Shown: positions 26,436 through 39,203, counted from the first letter of the stretch. The stretch: DNA of 64,000 nucleotides from Octopus sinensis (GCF_006345805.1 NC_043013.1:26412001-26476000), one strand, 5' to 3'. Numbers and translations: made by a program. The notes: generated from the letters alone by a model not told the origin.

Positions 26436-26989
26436 AGTGTATGTGTGGTTTAGTAGTTAGGGGTGTTGGACTCACGATTGTAAGATTGTGGTTTCGATTC
26501 CTGGACTGGGTGATGTGCTGTGTTCAAATTGTTGGCATCAAATGGGTAAAGAAGTTTTGTTGAGGACAGGTTCAGATCCTACTTAAGAATTAATATCATC
26601 AGGTCATGTTTAACAAAACAAAATGTTATATTAACTGGAGTAATTCCAAGGGGATTAACATTCAAGTGCTTGACTAGATAAATATTTTGAAGATAACATT
26701 CATTTGGAGTGGAACAAATGGATGGCTGAGGGAAGAATAGTAACTCACAAATGATGGTACATCAGCAATATAGTGAAAAACAAATATCAGAAGGAATTTC
26801 ATTTCAAAAAGTAATGTATTTTTTTATTTTTATTTTATGTTTTTTGTTGTGCTTTTTTCCCATTTTTTTCATTGATGTTTACATCTTACATGATATATGC
26901 TCTTACTCTAAACCATGATATATATTCTTACTCTAAACTTATATGAACCCCTGAGGAGCCATATAAGATTTTTGGGTTTCTGTGCAACA

Positions 26990-27510
26990 AAATAGAAAAT
27001 CAAGGATCCACAATAGTATTTTATGTGTCCCTGAAAAAATTTTACTTTATGTATTGCAAGAAACCAAAAGAATACCCTCCATCAGGCATTTGCCATATCC
27101 TGAACGCCTTACCTCCCTGGGCATGGACACATTGAAACTCCGACGTCTGGCAGCTGACTTGGCAGACACCCATAAAATTATCAACCATCGCACAAACAAT
27201 AACTCTGAGCACCTCTTCAAACTCCACCCATCTAACACCCGTGGACATATTTACAAAGTAAGAAAACAGCACAGCTCCCATGACTTCAGGAAACATTTTT
27301 TCACGCTGAGAGTTGCTGAAGCGTGGAACAAACTGCCGACATCGGTTGTTAGTTGTCGGAGCACTGCTTCCTTCAAGACTTCCATGCTTCCTGAGATTCG
27401 CCAACACTACACTTGATTTTCTCCCCTCCATACACCCAGACATTTCTACACTACTGCATGTACTTTATATGCACTTTCTGACAAGTTGTGGTGCACCTGA
27501 GCACTGTATA
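26990..27510 (+). mobile_element. CR1-group LINE 3' fragment
   Basis: RIPSIRHLPYPERLTSLGMDTLKLRRLAADL..TRGHIYKV..RKHFFTLRVAEAWNKLP..SFK. Confidence 0.85.
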
Positions 27511-27859
27511 CAATAATTTCATTATTATTTATTATAATACGAATAATAATAATAATAATAAACAGCTAGGTTTCTTTCTCTAGCAGTTTACGTAGTTCAA
27601 CCTAAACAAGTTAATGTGTGAGAAACAAAATAGAGATTTTGAAAGAAGTTTCTATAAAACTAGTTTTTAAACATTGGATGGTTATGGGGGTCCACCAGAA
27701 TAAAACAGTAATCAAAGGGGTTCATAGATAAAAAAAATGGGTGAGAACCCTGGCTCTAATCAGTCTATTGCAAGAATTGTATTGGATTATAGGTGCTGGT
27801 TGGGGTTGGGGTGGGTTGCTCTGTTTTTCCTCCATTGTCATTTCATTCTGACATCCCTT

Positions 27860-28290
27860 CTGTTTTCTTCAAAACAGGATATTCCTGCCTCAGTCAAATT
27901 ACACCAAACAATGTGTTGGTTGACTGTCATTTCCCAGGAATCTTACTCTACACCACTACTTTTCAGAGTTTCTTTCAACTGGTCATTGTCTCTTCATAAG
28001 ATGATGGGTCGACAAGGGCATCTCCCATTGTTCAGTTCCCCAAATAGGAATATCTTTGGGAGCCTGTTTTCCCCCATATGAGCCACATGGCTTGCCCGCC
28101 AGAGGCAGTGCTTGATGGTTGTAACCTCCATGCTAATTTGTCCTACTCTCTTTAGTCTGCCAAAGTTTTCTCATTCAATGTTCAAGATAGACCAGAATTT
28201 CTTTTGATGGAATAGTTCAAACTTCTTTAGGTCATAGAGGTTCAGAGTCCATATCTTACATCCATACAGCATGATAGGAAGCACTCTGTC
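27860..28290 (-). mobile_element. Degraded RTE LINE 3' fragment
   Basis: YGCKIWTL..FHQK..ASHVAHMGENRLPKIFLFGEL. Confidence 0.65.
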
Positions 28291-28349
28291 AGTTATGATG
28301 ATGAGGGTCCCAGCTGATATGATCAAAGGAACAGCTTGCTCATGAGATT

Positions 28350-28590
28350 AACATACAACTAGGTGGGCACTCCACAGACACGCGTACCCCTTCACATAGT
28401 TCTCAGGGAGATTCAGTGTGACAGGGCTGGCCCCTTGAGATACAGGTACTACTCATTTTTGCCAGCTGAGGAGACTGGAGCACCATGAAATGAAGTGTCT
28501 TGCTTGAGGATATAATGTGCGGCTGGGAATCAAACTCACAACCCTATGATCGCAAGCTGAATACCCTAACCACTAAGCCACGTGCCTTCA
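28350..28590 (-). mobile_element. tRNA-derived SINE family C
   Basis: Minus strand GGCACGTGGCTTAGTGGTTAGGG..GAGTTTGATTCCC..CAAGCAAGACACTT. Related copies at 8740-8970, 19610-19850, 26440-26525 and 28930-29110. Confidence 0.75.
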
Positions 28591-30479
28591 CAAATACAGT
28601 ATGATACACACAAACACACACATAATATATGACCAATTTTTTTAGAGACTGTTGTGCCTTAGACAAGCCTACTCTTATATATTCTCCAGAACCTTATCAA
28701 TCAAATCCATTATTTAGAAATCTCACTTCAACCAATGCTTCCATGTCTATATTGGCCATTTTCTACAGTTGCTCCACTTTGCCATTAACACATAGAACCT
28801 TTTCGTTCAACATGCACTGATAGTTTGCATTATATCTCTATGTCACTGTGGTCATTTCCCCTATACATGCCAGCTGTTAATAGATCTTTCCTGAACCATA
28901 TAGACTCAGAGGATGGGTTTCCCAGTTTCTGTGGTGCATTTGATTCCCCCTGGATGGGACACCAGTCTGTCACATGATTATTCATTTTTGCTAACTGAAG
29001 TAAAGCAACGTAAAATGAAGTGCTTTGCTCAAGAACACAACACATCACCCAGTCCAGGATTCAAAACCACAATCTTACAATCATGAGCCTAACAACCTAA
29101 CAACTAAGCCACACACACACCTCACTTGATGGCTTTAATGCTCAGCCACTAATCACTTCACTTGGACTCTGCCTAGACATTGTATTTGCTTCATTTCTTC
29201 TCAGTTTCTTCAGATCTCGTTTGTGTCACACTTCATTGCAGCATCACACATTTTACACATGTTCCATGCAGTCTACATTTGCAAGAAGGAAACATTCTAA
29301 ACAGAAATGACACACATCCTGAACTCGTTTCGCTTCTTTCTCATTACAGTGATTGCATTTATATGGCAATCACCCCACCAGCACAAATAACTTCACCTAA
29401 AAATTAACGAGGTATTGAGCTTCTGGTACTTGCTCACACTGCTAGAAATAGTAGCCAAATTCCCCACAAACACACTCTACCATCTTAAAAAAATGAGTAT
29501 AATACATTAGATATTCTCATCCTAGAGACACAAGACACAATGTCTGGATAAGAGCAGGGATGATTGTAACTGGAATGCTTTTTCTGCTTGATCAGTACTG
29601 ACCTGAACTTAATTATTACCATGCTAATGATTATCATCATGATCATTATCACCATCCTCTTTGTCACCACTACTACACTACCACTACTGCTGCTTCTGCC
29701 ACTACCACCACCATCATCGGCATCATCATCATTAGAGTAGTCATTGTCATTGTCCTCTTCATCATCATTTTCCACAACAACAACATCATTATCCAATTAT
29801 ATTATAAAAAACAAACACTATCAGTGACATCTAGCAAATGATCTGGGTAGGTTAAACACTTCATTTGATGTGTATAGATAACTATTGTGATTTTTTACTT
29901 CATTTCTCTGTTTCTCTGTAAAAATCAATGAAAGAGTAAATGAGGAGGTTTCTATGTGGTGGTTGAACCTGGTAGAAATGGCAGTTAAATCCCTTATAAA
30001 TTACACACTACCATCTTAAAAAAAGAAGATATTCAGTTGCGTGATCCAAAGAGAACTACCCATGAAAAATACAGGATGTGATGGGATTGTATGGAGTGTC
30101 ATTGATCATAGACAAATGAAAGGAAAAATTCCAGGTGACTGAAGATACAGGTAATTATTTAGTTTCTATGACATTCAGTTACGCTATTTAATTCATTTAT
30201 TGTGGAAATGATTTTCTCATTGTTTCTGCAAAGTTGATTATCTATTCAAAATTTTAATGTACTTGTTCAGTAGGCTTAGAAAATCCATTTTTCCAATATG
30301 TTACTTGTTGAGTTATATGTAGGAAACATATAATGAGAATTTTAATGACATCGTTAACAGGAAGCAACTTGCATATCTTCTTTAATGAATATTTTATTTT
30401 ATGAAGGAAAGGAGTAGGGTCACAGTATGCATTAGATGTAAATGCGTGAATGCATTTATCCAATGTGTATGTGTATATA

Positions 30480-31560
30480 TCATCATCATCATCATCATTG
30501 TTTAACATCCACTTTCCATGCTAGCATGGGTTGGATGGTTTGACTGAGGACTGGTGAGCCAGATGGCTGCACCAAGCTCCAATCTGATCTGGCAGATTTT
30601 CTACTGCTGGATGCCCTTCTTAATGCCAACCACGCTGAGAGTGTAGTGGGTGCTTTTACGTTCCACCGGCATGAAGGCCAGTCAGGCGGTACTGGCAATG
30701 GCCACACTTAAACAGTGTTTTTTACGTGCCACCTGCATAGGAGCTAGTCTAGCAGCACTGGCAATGACCTCGCTTGAATATTATTTTTCACGTGCCACTG
30801 GCACAAGTGCCAGTAAGACAATGCTGGTAATGATCATGCTCGAATGGTGCTTTTTACATGCCACTGGCACAGGAGCCAGTCAGCTGCCCTGGCAACGATC
30901 ACACTTAGATGATGCTCTTAGCGCTCCACTAGCATGTATGCCAGTCATGCGGTGCTGTCATCGAATTTGATTTCGATTTCAATCTCACTTGCCTCAGCAG
31001 GTCTTCGCAAGCAGAGTTTAGTGTCCAATGAAGGAACGGTATGCATAAGTGGGCTGGTTACACCACTGGCATAGGCCACAGGTTATGGTCTCACTTGGTT
31101 TGCTGGGTCTTCTCAAGCACAGCATATTTCCAATGGTCTCGGTCACTGGTCATTGCCTCGGTGAGGCCTAATATTTGAAAGTCATGCTTCACCACCTCAT
31201 CTCAGGTCTTCCTGGGTCTACCTCTTCCTCAGGTTCCCTCAACTGCTAGGGTGTGACACTGTTTCACACAGCTATCCTCATCCATTCTCACCACATGACC
31301 ATACCAGCACAATCATCTCTCTTGCACACCACATCTAATGCTCCTTAGGTCCAGCTTTCTCTCAAGGTACTAACACTCTGTCGAGTATGCACACTGACAT
31401 TACACATCCAGAGGAGCATACTGGCTTCATTCCTTGCAAGCTTATGCATGTCCTCAGTAGTCACGGCCCATGTTTCACTGCCATGTTGCATGGCTGTTCG
31501 TACACATGCATCATACAATCTACCTTTTGCTCTGAGCAAGAGACTACTTTCTCAGTGAAA
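30480..31560 (-). mobile_element. 5'-truncated RTE LINE with long repeat-containing 3'UTR
   Basis: KGRLYDACVRTAMQHGSETWAV ORF end, 3'UTR shared with 41890-42706 and 49220-49900, and a (GAT)n tail. Confidence 0.85.
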
Positions 31561-32030
31561 GTATTCTTTGTGTGTGGCAGATGTATAGGTGCAATAAACA
31601 CTGGAAATGTACAGAAAATAAACACTGTCAAATATCCAGAGGGATATTTGGAAGTAGTAGACAGTTTCCATTATCTAGGTGGCCATGTCAGCAGTGGAAG
31701 CGGATGATCTGTGAGTGAAAACTGTTAGAATAAGAATAGGCTGGGAAAAGTTCAGAGAGCTTCTACCTCTGAAAGGAAGATTGTATGATGCCTGTGCGCA
31801 AACAGCCATGCTACATAGCAGTGAAACATGGAGTGTGACTGCAGAGGACATGCATAGGCTTGTAAGAAATGAAGCTTGTATGCTTCACTGGATGTGTAAT
31901 GTCACTGTGCAACCATGCAAAATCAGACTGGAATCTGGTGCAGCTCTCTGGCTTACCAGTTGCAGTCAAACCATCTAACCCATGCCAGTATAGAAAATGG
32001 GTGTTAAATGATGATGATGATGATGATGAT
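31560..32030 (+). mobile_element. RTE LINE fragment, head-to-head with the previous copy
   Basis: EVVDSFHYLG, RIGWEKFRELLP, KGRLYDAC, SETWSV, then a deleted 3'UTR and (GAT)n tail. Confidence 0.8.
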
Positions 32031-32070
32031 GATCCTTCTCCTCCTCCTCCTCCTCCTCCTCCTCCTCCTC

Positions 32071-32106
<36 letters not shown>

Positions 32107-32135
32107 CATCATCATCATCATCATCATCCTCATCA
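32008..32135. repeat. Compound (GAT)n(CCT)n(CAT)n between tail-to-tail RTE ends
   Basis: Direct reading. Confidence 0.92.
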
Positions 32136-32400
32136 TTTAGCAGCCCTTGTCCATGTTAGCATGGGTTGGACGGTTTGACCAGGGCTGACTAGCTGGAAGA
32201 CTGCACAAGACCCCAGTCTTAGCTCGATTTCGACAGCTGGATGCCCTTCCTGACGCCAACCACTCCAAGAGGCTAATGGGTGCTTTTACATGCCACCAGC
32301 ATCAGCTATTTTGTGAGGTGCAACACTCAAAAGGTGCTCTCTATGTGCCACTGGCATGGGTGCCAGTTACATGACACCAGCATCAACCATGACTATGATT
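32130..32400 (-). mobile_element. RTE 3'UTR tail
   Basis: CCATGTTAGCATGGGTTGGACGGTTTGAC...CAGCTGGATGCCCTTCC..CCAACCACTCC. Confidence 0.7.
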
Positions 32401-32594
32401 TCACTTGCTTTGCATCTTCCACACACAAAAGTTAATTTCCCTGTTAACCTTCCTCTGATATTGCTGCACCTCTTATGTGTCCAAAGCTTACACTAGGTAC
32501 ATCTTATAGAGTTTCTACTTACATCGTTTCTACAGATTAAACAGGGTCATCTACCTGAAGGGATTTGTGATTTGTCTGCCTTTCTACTTACTAA

Positions 32595-33414
32595 GAACAA
32601 AGATATGCCTGCCAACAGCTGATAGTTACCACCTTCATAGATCTACTGCTGCTTCCAATTCTATGGAATGACCATGTTTCCTGGAAAATTAAAGCATCAG
32701 ATGGTTTGCCACCAAGTTTGCTGAGCCTGGTAAGTGCTTACTACAAATCTACTCACATCCAGGCTTTACAATAAGGTAGTCAGACTTTGGTTTTTGCTAG
32801 GTTGACTCCTAGGCCCTTCAATTCTAGACTTTGCTTCCATACCTGGAACTTCTTCTCTAGTTCTGGTTGTAATTCAGCTATAACAACAAGGTCATCAGTC
32901 ATACATACATACATATGTACATATATATATACACAAATACACACACACACACACACACACCCAGGATGGCTTCCAAGTGGAAAAAAAGCTACCTTAGATA
33001 TTAAGACCAGTTAAATCTGCAACACACCTGATGACATCCAACCACATTTTAAGCTGTCCTCCTCTAATTATTGTAGCCATTACCAGCATGTTTGAGAATT
33101 AATGGGAACACATATTAATACTTTGGCTGATCAGCAACTGATGTGACAAACTATTTGAGATGACTCTGCCAATGAATTAAGCATTTGCTTTGTTGTTGTC
33201 ATGGTAATAAAGCAACAGAGATACCACAACATGCTTCTAACATTCTAATCTCCTTATTGTATTTGTAGTAAGCACTTACCAGGCTCAGCAAACTTGGTGG
33301 CAAACCATCTGATGCTTTAATTTTCCAGGAAACATGGTCATTCCATAGAATTGGAAGCAGCAGTAGATCTATGAAGGTGGTAACTATCAGCTGTTGGCAG
33401 GCATATCTTTGTTC
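32595..33414. repeat. Perfect 154-bp inverted duplication (32595-32748 and 33261-33414) around a 512-bp spacer
   Basis: Base-by-base comparison of the left arm with the reverse complement of the right arm showed no mismatch. Confidence 0.92.
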
Positions 33415-33904
33415 AAGCATCAGCCATTTTAAATGCATTATTGTCTGAATAAAAGACAGGATGGTCACAACTGGAACACCTTTCATCAACCATGGTTAAC
33501 TTGGAGTTAAACAACAATTACAGCAACTTGGCATTCTGCAATCTTCAAAATTACTACATTTGATTAACAAAACAAAAATACGTCAACTTAGGTTAAAATG
33601 TCCTTTTATTTCCAAATGTTCAACCTCATTAAATAATAACTACCATTAACATTTAATTTTTGCATTTGGTTTGCAAGATTCTTTATATGAGTTCGTGTGT
33701 TGAAGCATATTCTGTTGTGTCTGGGGAGAGTCGTTTTCTTTTTGTGCCTTATAATGTAACACACTCACCGGTAAAATTTCCACTTATTTCTTATTTTTAT
33801 TTTCCTAAAATTTTTGTTGTGTCTTGCAACCTTTTCAATAGTCTTGACTCTGTCCATTATTTACACTGCGTTCCCTTTTGATTGTTTGTGCACATATGTG
33901 TAGG

Positions 33905-33905
33905 T

Positions 33906-33947
<42 letters not shown>

Positions 33948-33949
33948 TG

Positions 33950-33983
<34 letters not shown>

Positions 33984-34350
33984 CCTATGCATGCATGTAC
34001 GTATGTATGTGTGTATGTATGTTTGCATGTGTATGTATATATGTGTGTTTATGCATATGTATGTGTGTGCATCTGTATGTATCCTGCATATTTATGTGCT
34101 TGCATGTCTGTGTTTGTGCATTTTCTAGGTATGTGTGTGTGAGCATGTGTTTATATATGTATGCACTTCTGTCTCCTTGTGTGTGCATGTGTTATGCAAG
34201 TATGTCCCATGTTTGTATGTATGGATGTGCATCTTTATATGTGTGGATCCATGTCTCCATATGTGTCCTTGTGTGAAGTAAAGTGTGTGTATATATGGTC
34301 ATGTGTTTCAGTCTCCATTTGCGTATGTGTGCTTGTCTGTTCTTATAACC
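33905..34350. repeat. (GT)n grading into degenerate TG/TA repeat
   Basis: Direct reading. Confidence 0.9.
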
Positions 34351-34529
34351 TATGTACTTATCCGTCTGTATGTTGATCTGTTTATTGTCATATCCATATG
34401 CTTACATACAAAATAAAAATGTAAATACACACACACTTACACCCACACACACACATACATCTATCTACATAACAGTCCATTAACTATTCTACTCTACCTG
34501 TGTAAACTGTGGGTATGGCGGTATGATAT

Positions 34530-34900
34530 CCACTATGTATATTTCTTATTTAGTATTGGGGAGGTTTCATTTATAAGGACGTACTCCCATATTTGTCTGA
34601 GTGTTGGGTCTTTTGGGTGCTTGGATAAGATGCAGATGTCAAGTTGACCCAAGTTACCTCCATGGTGGTCTTTGGCATGTTGGTAGAGTATGGAGGACTG
34701 TTTTCTGTCATCATATTGTCTTAGATGTACATTTAGTCATTCTGCAATGTTCCTAGATGTCTCCCCTATGTACGTCATGTTCATGTCCTTACAAGCACTG
34801 TCTATGCATCTTAACTACATTTCGAGTTCTACAGTTAATGCCAGGGCTAATCCTGGCATTAACTGCAGTTATCATTGGTGCATATGGTATTCTCAAAGGG
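34530..34900 (-). mobile_element. Degraded PLE GIY-YIG endonuclease fragment
   Basis: With frameshifts the minus strand reads MTYIGETSRNIAE.LNVHLRQYDDRKQSSILYQHAKDHHGG..ILSKHPKDPTLRQIWEYVLINETSPILNK. Confidence 0.7.
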
Positions 34901-35110
34901 GTACGCCCTTATTGAAAAGGTTGCAAGACGCAACGAAAATTTTAGGAAAATAAAAATAAGAAATAAGTGGAAATTTTACCAGTGAGTGTGTTATATTATA
35001 AGGCACAAAAAGAAAATGACTCTCCCCAGACACAAGAGAATACCATTAACATTATTTTATAATAAAACGACCACCAACATTTGATATCACATGATTTGTA
35101 TTAACATTCA

Positions 35111-36248
35111 TCATAAATTTAGTTTTTTCCTATATGCTCTCTGCAAAGCATACACTAAGTCCAATTCACTTTTAAGCATAATGTCACAGTCTTTTCTCAG
35201 TAAAAGTATTTCTTTGTTCCAAACACTGGCTTGTATTTCTAAAACTAAAGAATTCTTGGTCATACAAAATTTCTTTGTTTGATATAGTAATGATTGGTAA
35301 TGATAAACTTCAGACAAAATATCCTCTTCAGTCCTTATTTTGTACCAAAATACTTTCAAATAATGTTCATAAAGTATATAGTCAGCTTTAGCCCATTTTT
35401 TAAAACGGTTTGTATCTTCAGCTGTTAAGATAGGAGTATTTCTGGAAGAAGCTACATTCCTTTCTATATAAAGCATATCTTTCATTTGCCAACATAATTT
35501 TCTTTTCAGAAGAATCATTGAAATATCAAAATATTCCTGGATCAATACTAAGTGAAAGTCTTTATCTAAATCAGAAATATGCTTTGAAATTTTAGCCTCA
35601 CTATGGAAATCAGATAGTTTCAAACCTAAATCATATGACATGCGGTTATTTGTGTAAGAAAATCCCTGATTTTTTAGCAGTGATTCATACTTTACTGGAT
35701 TTTTTAGATATTCACCTATAAAATGTTCTCCAGGTACTGCCAGAAGATATTCATTTCTCCACACATTCCTATAATACAAGAAAGCAGATACAAATTGACT
35801 TAAAGGTTCTCGCAAAATTGTAAAATAGTACATATTTCTTGGAAGTAGACTCTGAAAAGCACTTTGATTATAAATAACATGGTTGCAAAGAATGTTGTAG
35901 GACTCATTTTGAGGAGGTGGAAGGATTTTATTTTCCATAAGTGTTTCAGTTTTGCCAAGGTAGTGTCCATTTTTTGGTAGAACAAAGTTTAAGTTGTTTA
36001 TAATGCCATACCTTTGTAGTATATTCATAATCGTTGTACTTCCAGTTTTGTGTACTTTCAGAAAGACTATATTTTTTTGAGGGACACAAATTGATGCTTT
36101 AGTTTCAGAATTATCATTTACATTGGTTGATTTAATACCGAATTGGTGGTGTATGAGAAAAAACATATTGGTAAAGCAGAACACAGATAAAATTAGCAGA
36201 GAACACATGGATATCAATTGGATGATACACAAATATTTTTGATGATAT
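35111..36248 (-). CDS. GAL3ST-like: Galactose-3-O-sulfotransferase family protein, main catalytic exon
   Basis: Uninterrupted ORF with an N-terminal hydrophobic anchor, NIVFLKVHKTGSTT (5'-PSB), NILCNH, YFTILREP (3'-PB), FHLVLIQEYFDISMILLKRKLCW and DYILYEHY. The ORF-track start MVFSIC lies in a polypyrimidine tract ending TTTGCAG (AG at 36250-36249), so the exon probably starts at 36248. Confidence 0.93.
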
Positions 36249-36369
36249 CTGCAAATAGAAAATACCATAAAAGATATGTAAAAAACACTGATGCATAATA
36301 TATTAGCAAATATTTGTGCATAAATATACTCATTTATATGTTAATGTTCAAAGCATAAAATACAATGGT

Positions 36370-37190
36370 ACTGGAGATCTTCAACAAGGCTGCCCCACCA
36401 CCACCACTACAATGATGCATTGGTAAGGAGTGGCTCTACCAAGAAGTTAGCATATATAGAGGACCCCCACCCAACTCTCACTCTTGCACCTGAAGAGGAC
36501 CATGAAGGGAAACATAATCTGGTTCACCCACCCCACCCCACCCCCATTTGACCTAAAAGTTTCCACCAATGTATCCAAGAGTTCCCTATCTTTGATTAAG
36601 AAGTATTTCCCCAGAGGCCACTAGTATTCTAGGCTCCTTAAATTACACAATGTGAAGATAAGCTATACCTGTTTAGATAATATCACTTCTAACAATGCAC
36701 ACTCCAACAGACACAGACATGCACGTGCACAACCTCCAACCCCAACCTGTGACTTCCAAAACCCTACCAGATTCCATCTCTAGGAGGATCCTATCTTGCA
36801 AGGGTTGTACTTTACATAGCCACCCTCAAACCATCTGATGGTACCACAAGGCACTACACTGACATGACAGCCAATGACTTCAAGGGAAGGTACTCACAAC
36901 ATATACACTTGCTTCGATGCAGGGATGGAGAGAATTCCACTTTAGTCTCATTTCCTCCAATGACCCCGTGACCTCCAGAATGAAACCTCCAACATCAAAT
37001 GGACCATTATCAACAAGGCCTCACCCTACTCACCTAGCACCCACAATTGCTAGCTCTGCCTCCTCAAAAGGCTGTACCTTTTCCTCCAAACTGATCTATC
37101 AGTAGAAAATACAAACTATCTTATTGCTGCCTTCAGAGGTACACCTACCTGGTGAACTTCAAACCACTGACTGCTGATAACTAACATTGG
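36370..37190 (+). mobile_element. Degraded PLE fragment (RT C-terminal extension plus GIY-YIG), different family
   Basis: Frameshifted motifs NIIWF.P, TNVSKSSLSLIKKYFPRGH, NVKISYTCLDNI, VLYIATL, RHYT.MTANDFKGRYSQH. Confidence 0.65.
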
Positions 37191-37564
37191 CTGCTCCACA
37201 ATCAAGAACAGGGTTTCTAACGAATAATGCCTATTCAAACTGCAACTAATTCCACAACATCATGCACCCCCTGTAATCCCCTACAACAACACACACAAAA
37301 AACACACACTCACACATACACATGTCTATGTGAACACACATCTATACACATACATACATTTAATGAACACATACTTCTCCCCCTTCCCTCCTTTACACCA
37401 CCAAACCTCACTCCAATGCCAGTTTTTCTCACTCTTCCCCAGCAACACTGTTGCAACCACACTAACATACATCTGTCACGCCCACATACATAAATATCAA
37501 AAACATGGATACATATATGTACACACACATGCACATCCAAAAGAGTACACTAGCTTCATTTCTC

Positions 37565-37572
37565 TACATACA

Positions 37573-37606
<34 letters not shown>

Positions 37607-38038
37607 CCATATATACATACATACATACATACATACATGCACACATACATGCATACATACACACACACATACATGCATACATACATACATACACACACAC
37701 ATACATACATACATGCACACATACATGCATACATACATACATACATACATGCACACATACATACATGCATGCATACATACATACATACATGCACACATAC
37801 ATGCATACATACATACATACATACGTACATACATACACACACACATACATACATACATACATACATACATTCATACATACATACATGCACACATACATAC
37901 ATGCATGCACACATACATACATGCATGCATACATACATACATACATACATACGTACATACATACACACACACACACATACATACATACATACATACATAC
38001 ATACATACATACATACATACATACATACATACATACAA
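37565..38038. repeat. Long (TACA)n-type microsatellite
   Basis: Direct reading. Confidence 0.95.
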
Positions 38039-38039
38039 C

Positions 38040-38510
38040 TGTGCACGGTTGTTGATGTTGACATAAAGCTGAAGATCAGTGAAACAGAGAATACCTAAAC
38101 TACTGAGAAATCTGCAGTTACTCTATCCAGATTACAAGTTCAGGTTTATACTTGTAATTGTTGGAGCCCTGGGATATGTAACACACTGCCTAAATACCAA
38201 TCTTGATTAGTTATGCTTCTCAAAACCAGAAAGGAGAAAGCTGATTCAAAGACTACAGAACCAAGCCATCAAACTTCCCAAAAGTTTTATCATTTAAGTA
38301 CATATGATCATGTCTACATATGCAGCTATATGCATGTAACTACATAAAGCAAAGTCTGCACATATACATACATGCATAGAAACAAAAATACCCTGTTGTT
38401 GATGCTGAAATTCCGATGAGGGGGGCCTTGCATCTAGGTTAGAAACAAGCTCTTTCTCTGTTGGCAAGAAATCTTAAAATAAAACTGAATAATGTCAGAC
38501 AGACATAGCA
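38040..38510 (+). mobile_element. 3' fragment of a restriction-like-endonuclease LINE (R4/Dong/Hero type) plus 3'UTR
   Basis: CTVVDV..LLRNLQLLYPDYKFRFILVIVGALGYVTHCLNTNL (frameshifted). The 3'UTR block AAAAATACCCTGTTGTTGATG..CTAGGTTAGAAAC recurs at ~52752 and ~53180. Confidence 0.6.
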
Positions 38511-38642
38511 CCTGTTTCTATCCGTCCCATCATCACCTGGCACAAGGCCAACTACCCCAGTACCCCATGCCCCTTTCAAAGGATCTTTGTCTTGCAAATT
38601 ACTTGGAGCTTCCAGCTGTAAAAACCATACCAAATCATACCT

Positions 38643-38875
38643 ATTTCTTTACTACCCACAAGGGGCTAAACACAGAGAGGACAAACAAGGACAGACAAAT
38701 GGATTAAGTCGATTACATCGACCCCAGTGCATAACTGGTACTTAATTTATCGACCCCAAAAGGATGAAAGGCAAAGTCGACCTCGGCGGAATTTGAACTC
38801 AGAATGTAACGGCAGACGAAATACGGTTACGCATTTCACCCGGCGTGCTAACGTTTCTGCCAGCTTGCCACCTTA
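38643..38875 (-). mobile_element. SINE family A, young copy
   Basis: GGATGAAAGGCAAAGTCGACCTCGGCGGAATTTGAACTCAGAA..TTCTGCCAGCTTGCCACCTT, with CpGs retained. Confidence 0.88.
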
Positions 38876-38879
38876 GCAT

Positions 38880-39070
38880 ACCATACCAAATCATACCTCA
38901 CCAATGCTGGTGCCATGTAAAAGACACTCAGTTGGGCGCCGAACCATAGAACCTATGTTACAACAGACAATGAAGCCTGGTGCAGTCATCAGACTTGTCA
39001 GCTCCTGTCAAACCGTCCAACCCATGCCATCATGGAAAACGATCGTCAAATGATGATGATGATGGTGATG
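38880..39070 (+). mobile_element. RTE 3'UTR tail
   Basis: AAACCGTCCAACCCATGCCATCATGGAAAAC..AAATGATGATG. Confidence 0.65.
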
Positions 39071-39171
39071 ATATATTGTAAAAGCAATAAACAATAAAAC
39101 AAGCAACACAGGAGGGACAAGATTGATCAAATACTGTATTAATTCAATGCTGAAAAGGAAGAGAAAAAAAT

Positions 39172-39203
39172 CTTAATATTTCCGATGTTAATCCTTCATC
39201 AGG
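39172..39203 (-). ncRNA. Degenerate hammerhead-like relic
   Basis: Minus strand CCTGATGAAGGATTAACATCGGAAATATT. The core is intact, stem II needs one substitution (GGAT/ATCC), and stems I and III are not convincing. Confidence 0.3.

Larger units (their letters stand above)
33708..35042. repeat. Inverted pair of a ~133-bp interspersed repeat (33708-33840 and 34910-35042)
   Basis: TGTGTCTGGGGAGAGTC..CTTGCAACCTTTTCAATA mirrored, with a few substitutions. Confidence 0.88.

Noticed and set aside
36249-36268. ORF-track start MVFSIC for the sulfotransferase
   Set aside because: It coincides with a polypyrimidine tract and AG acceptor, and a phase-compatible upstream exon exists.
37330-38098. Long ORFs of HTYI/MYVC type (also 22988-23937, 33878-34376, 47783-48055, 56513-57185)
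   Set aside because: Translations of stop-free microsatellites.
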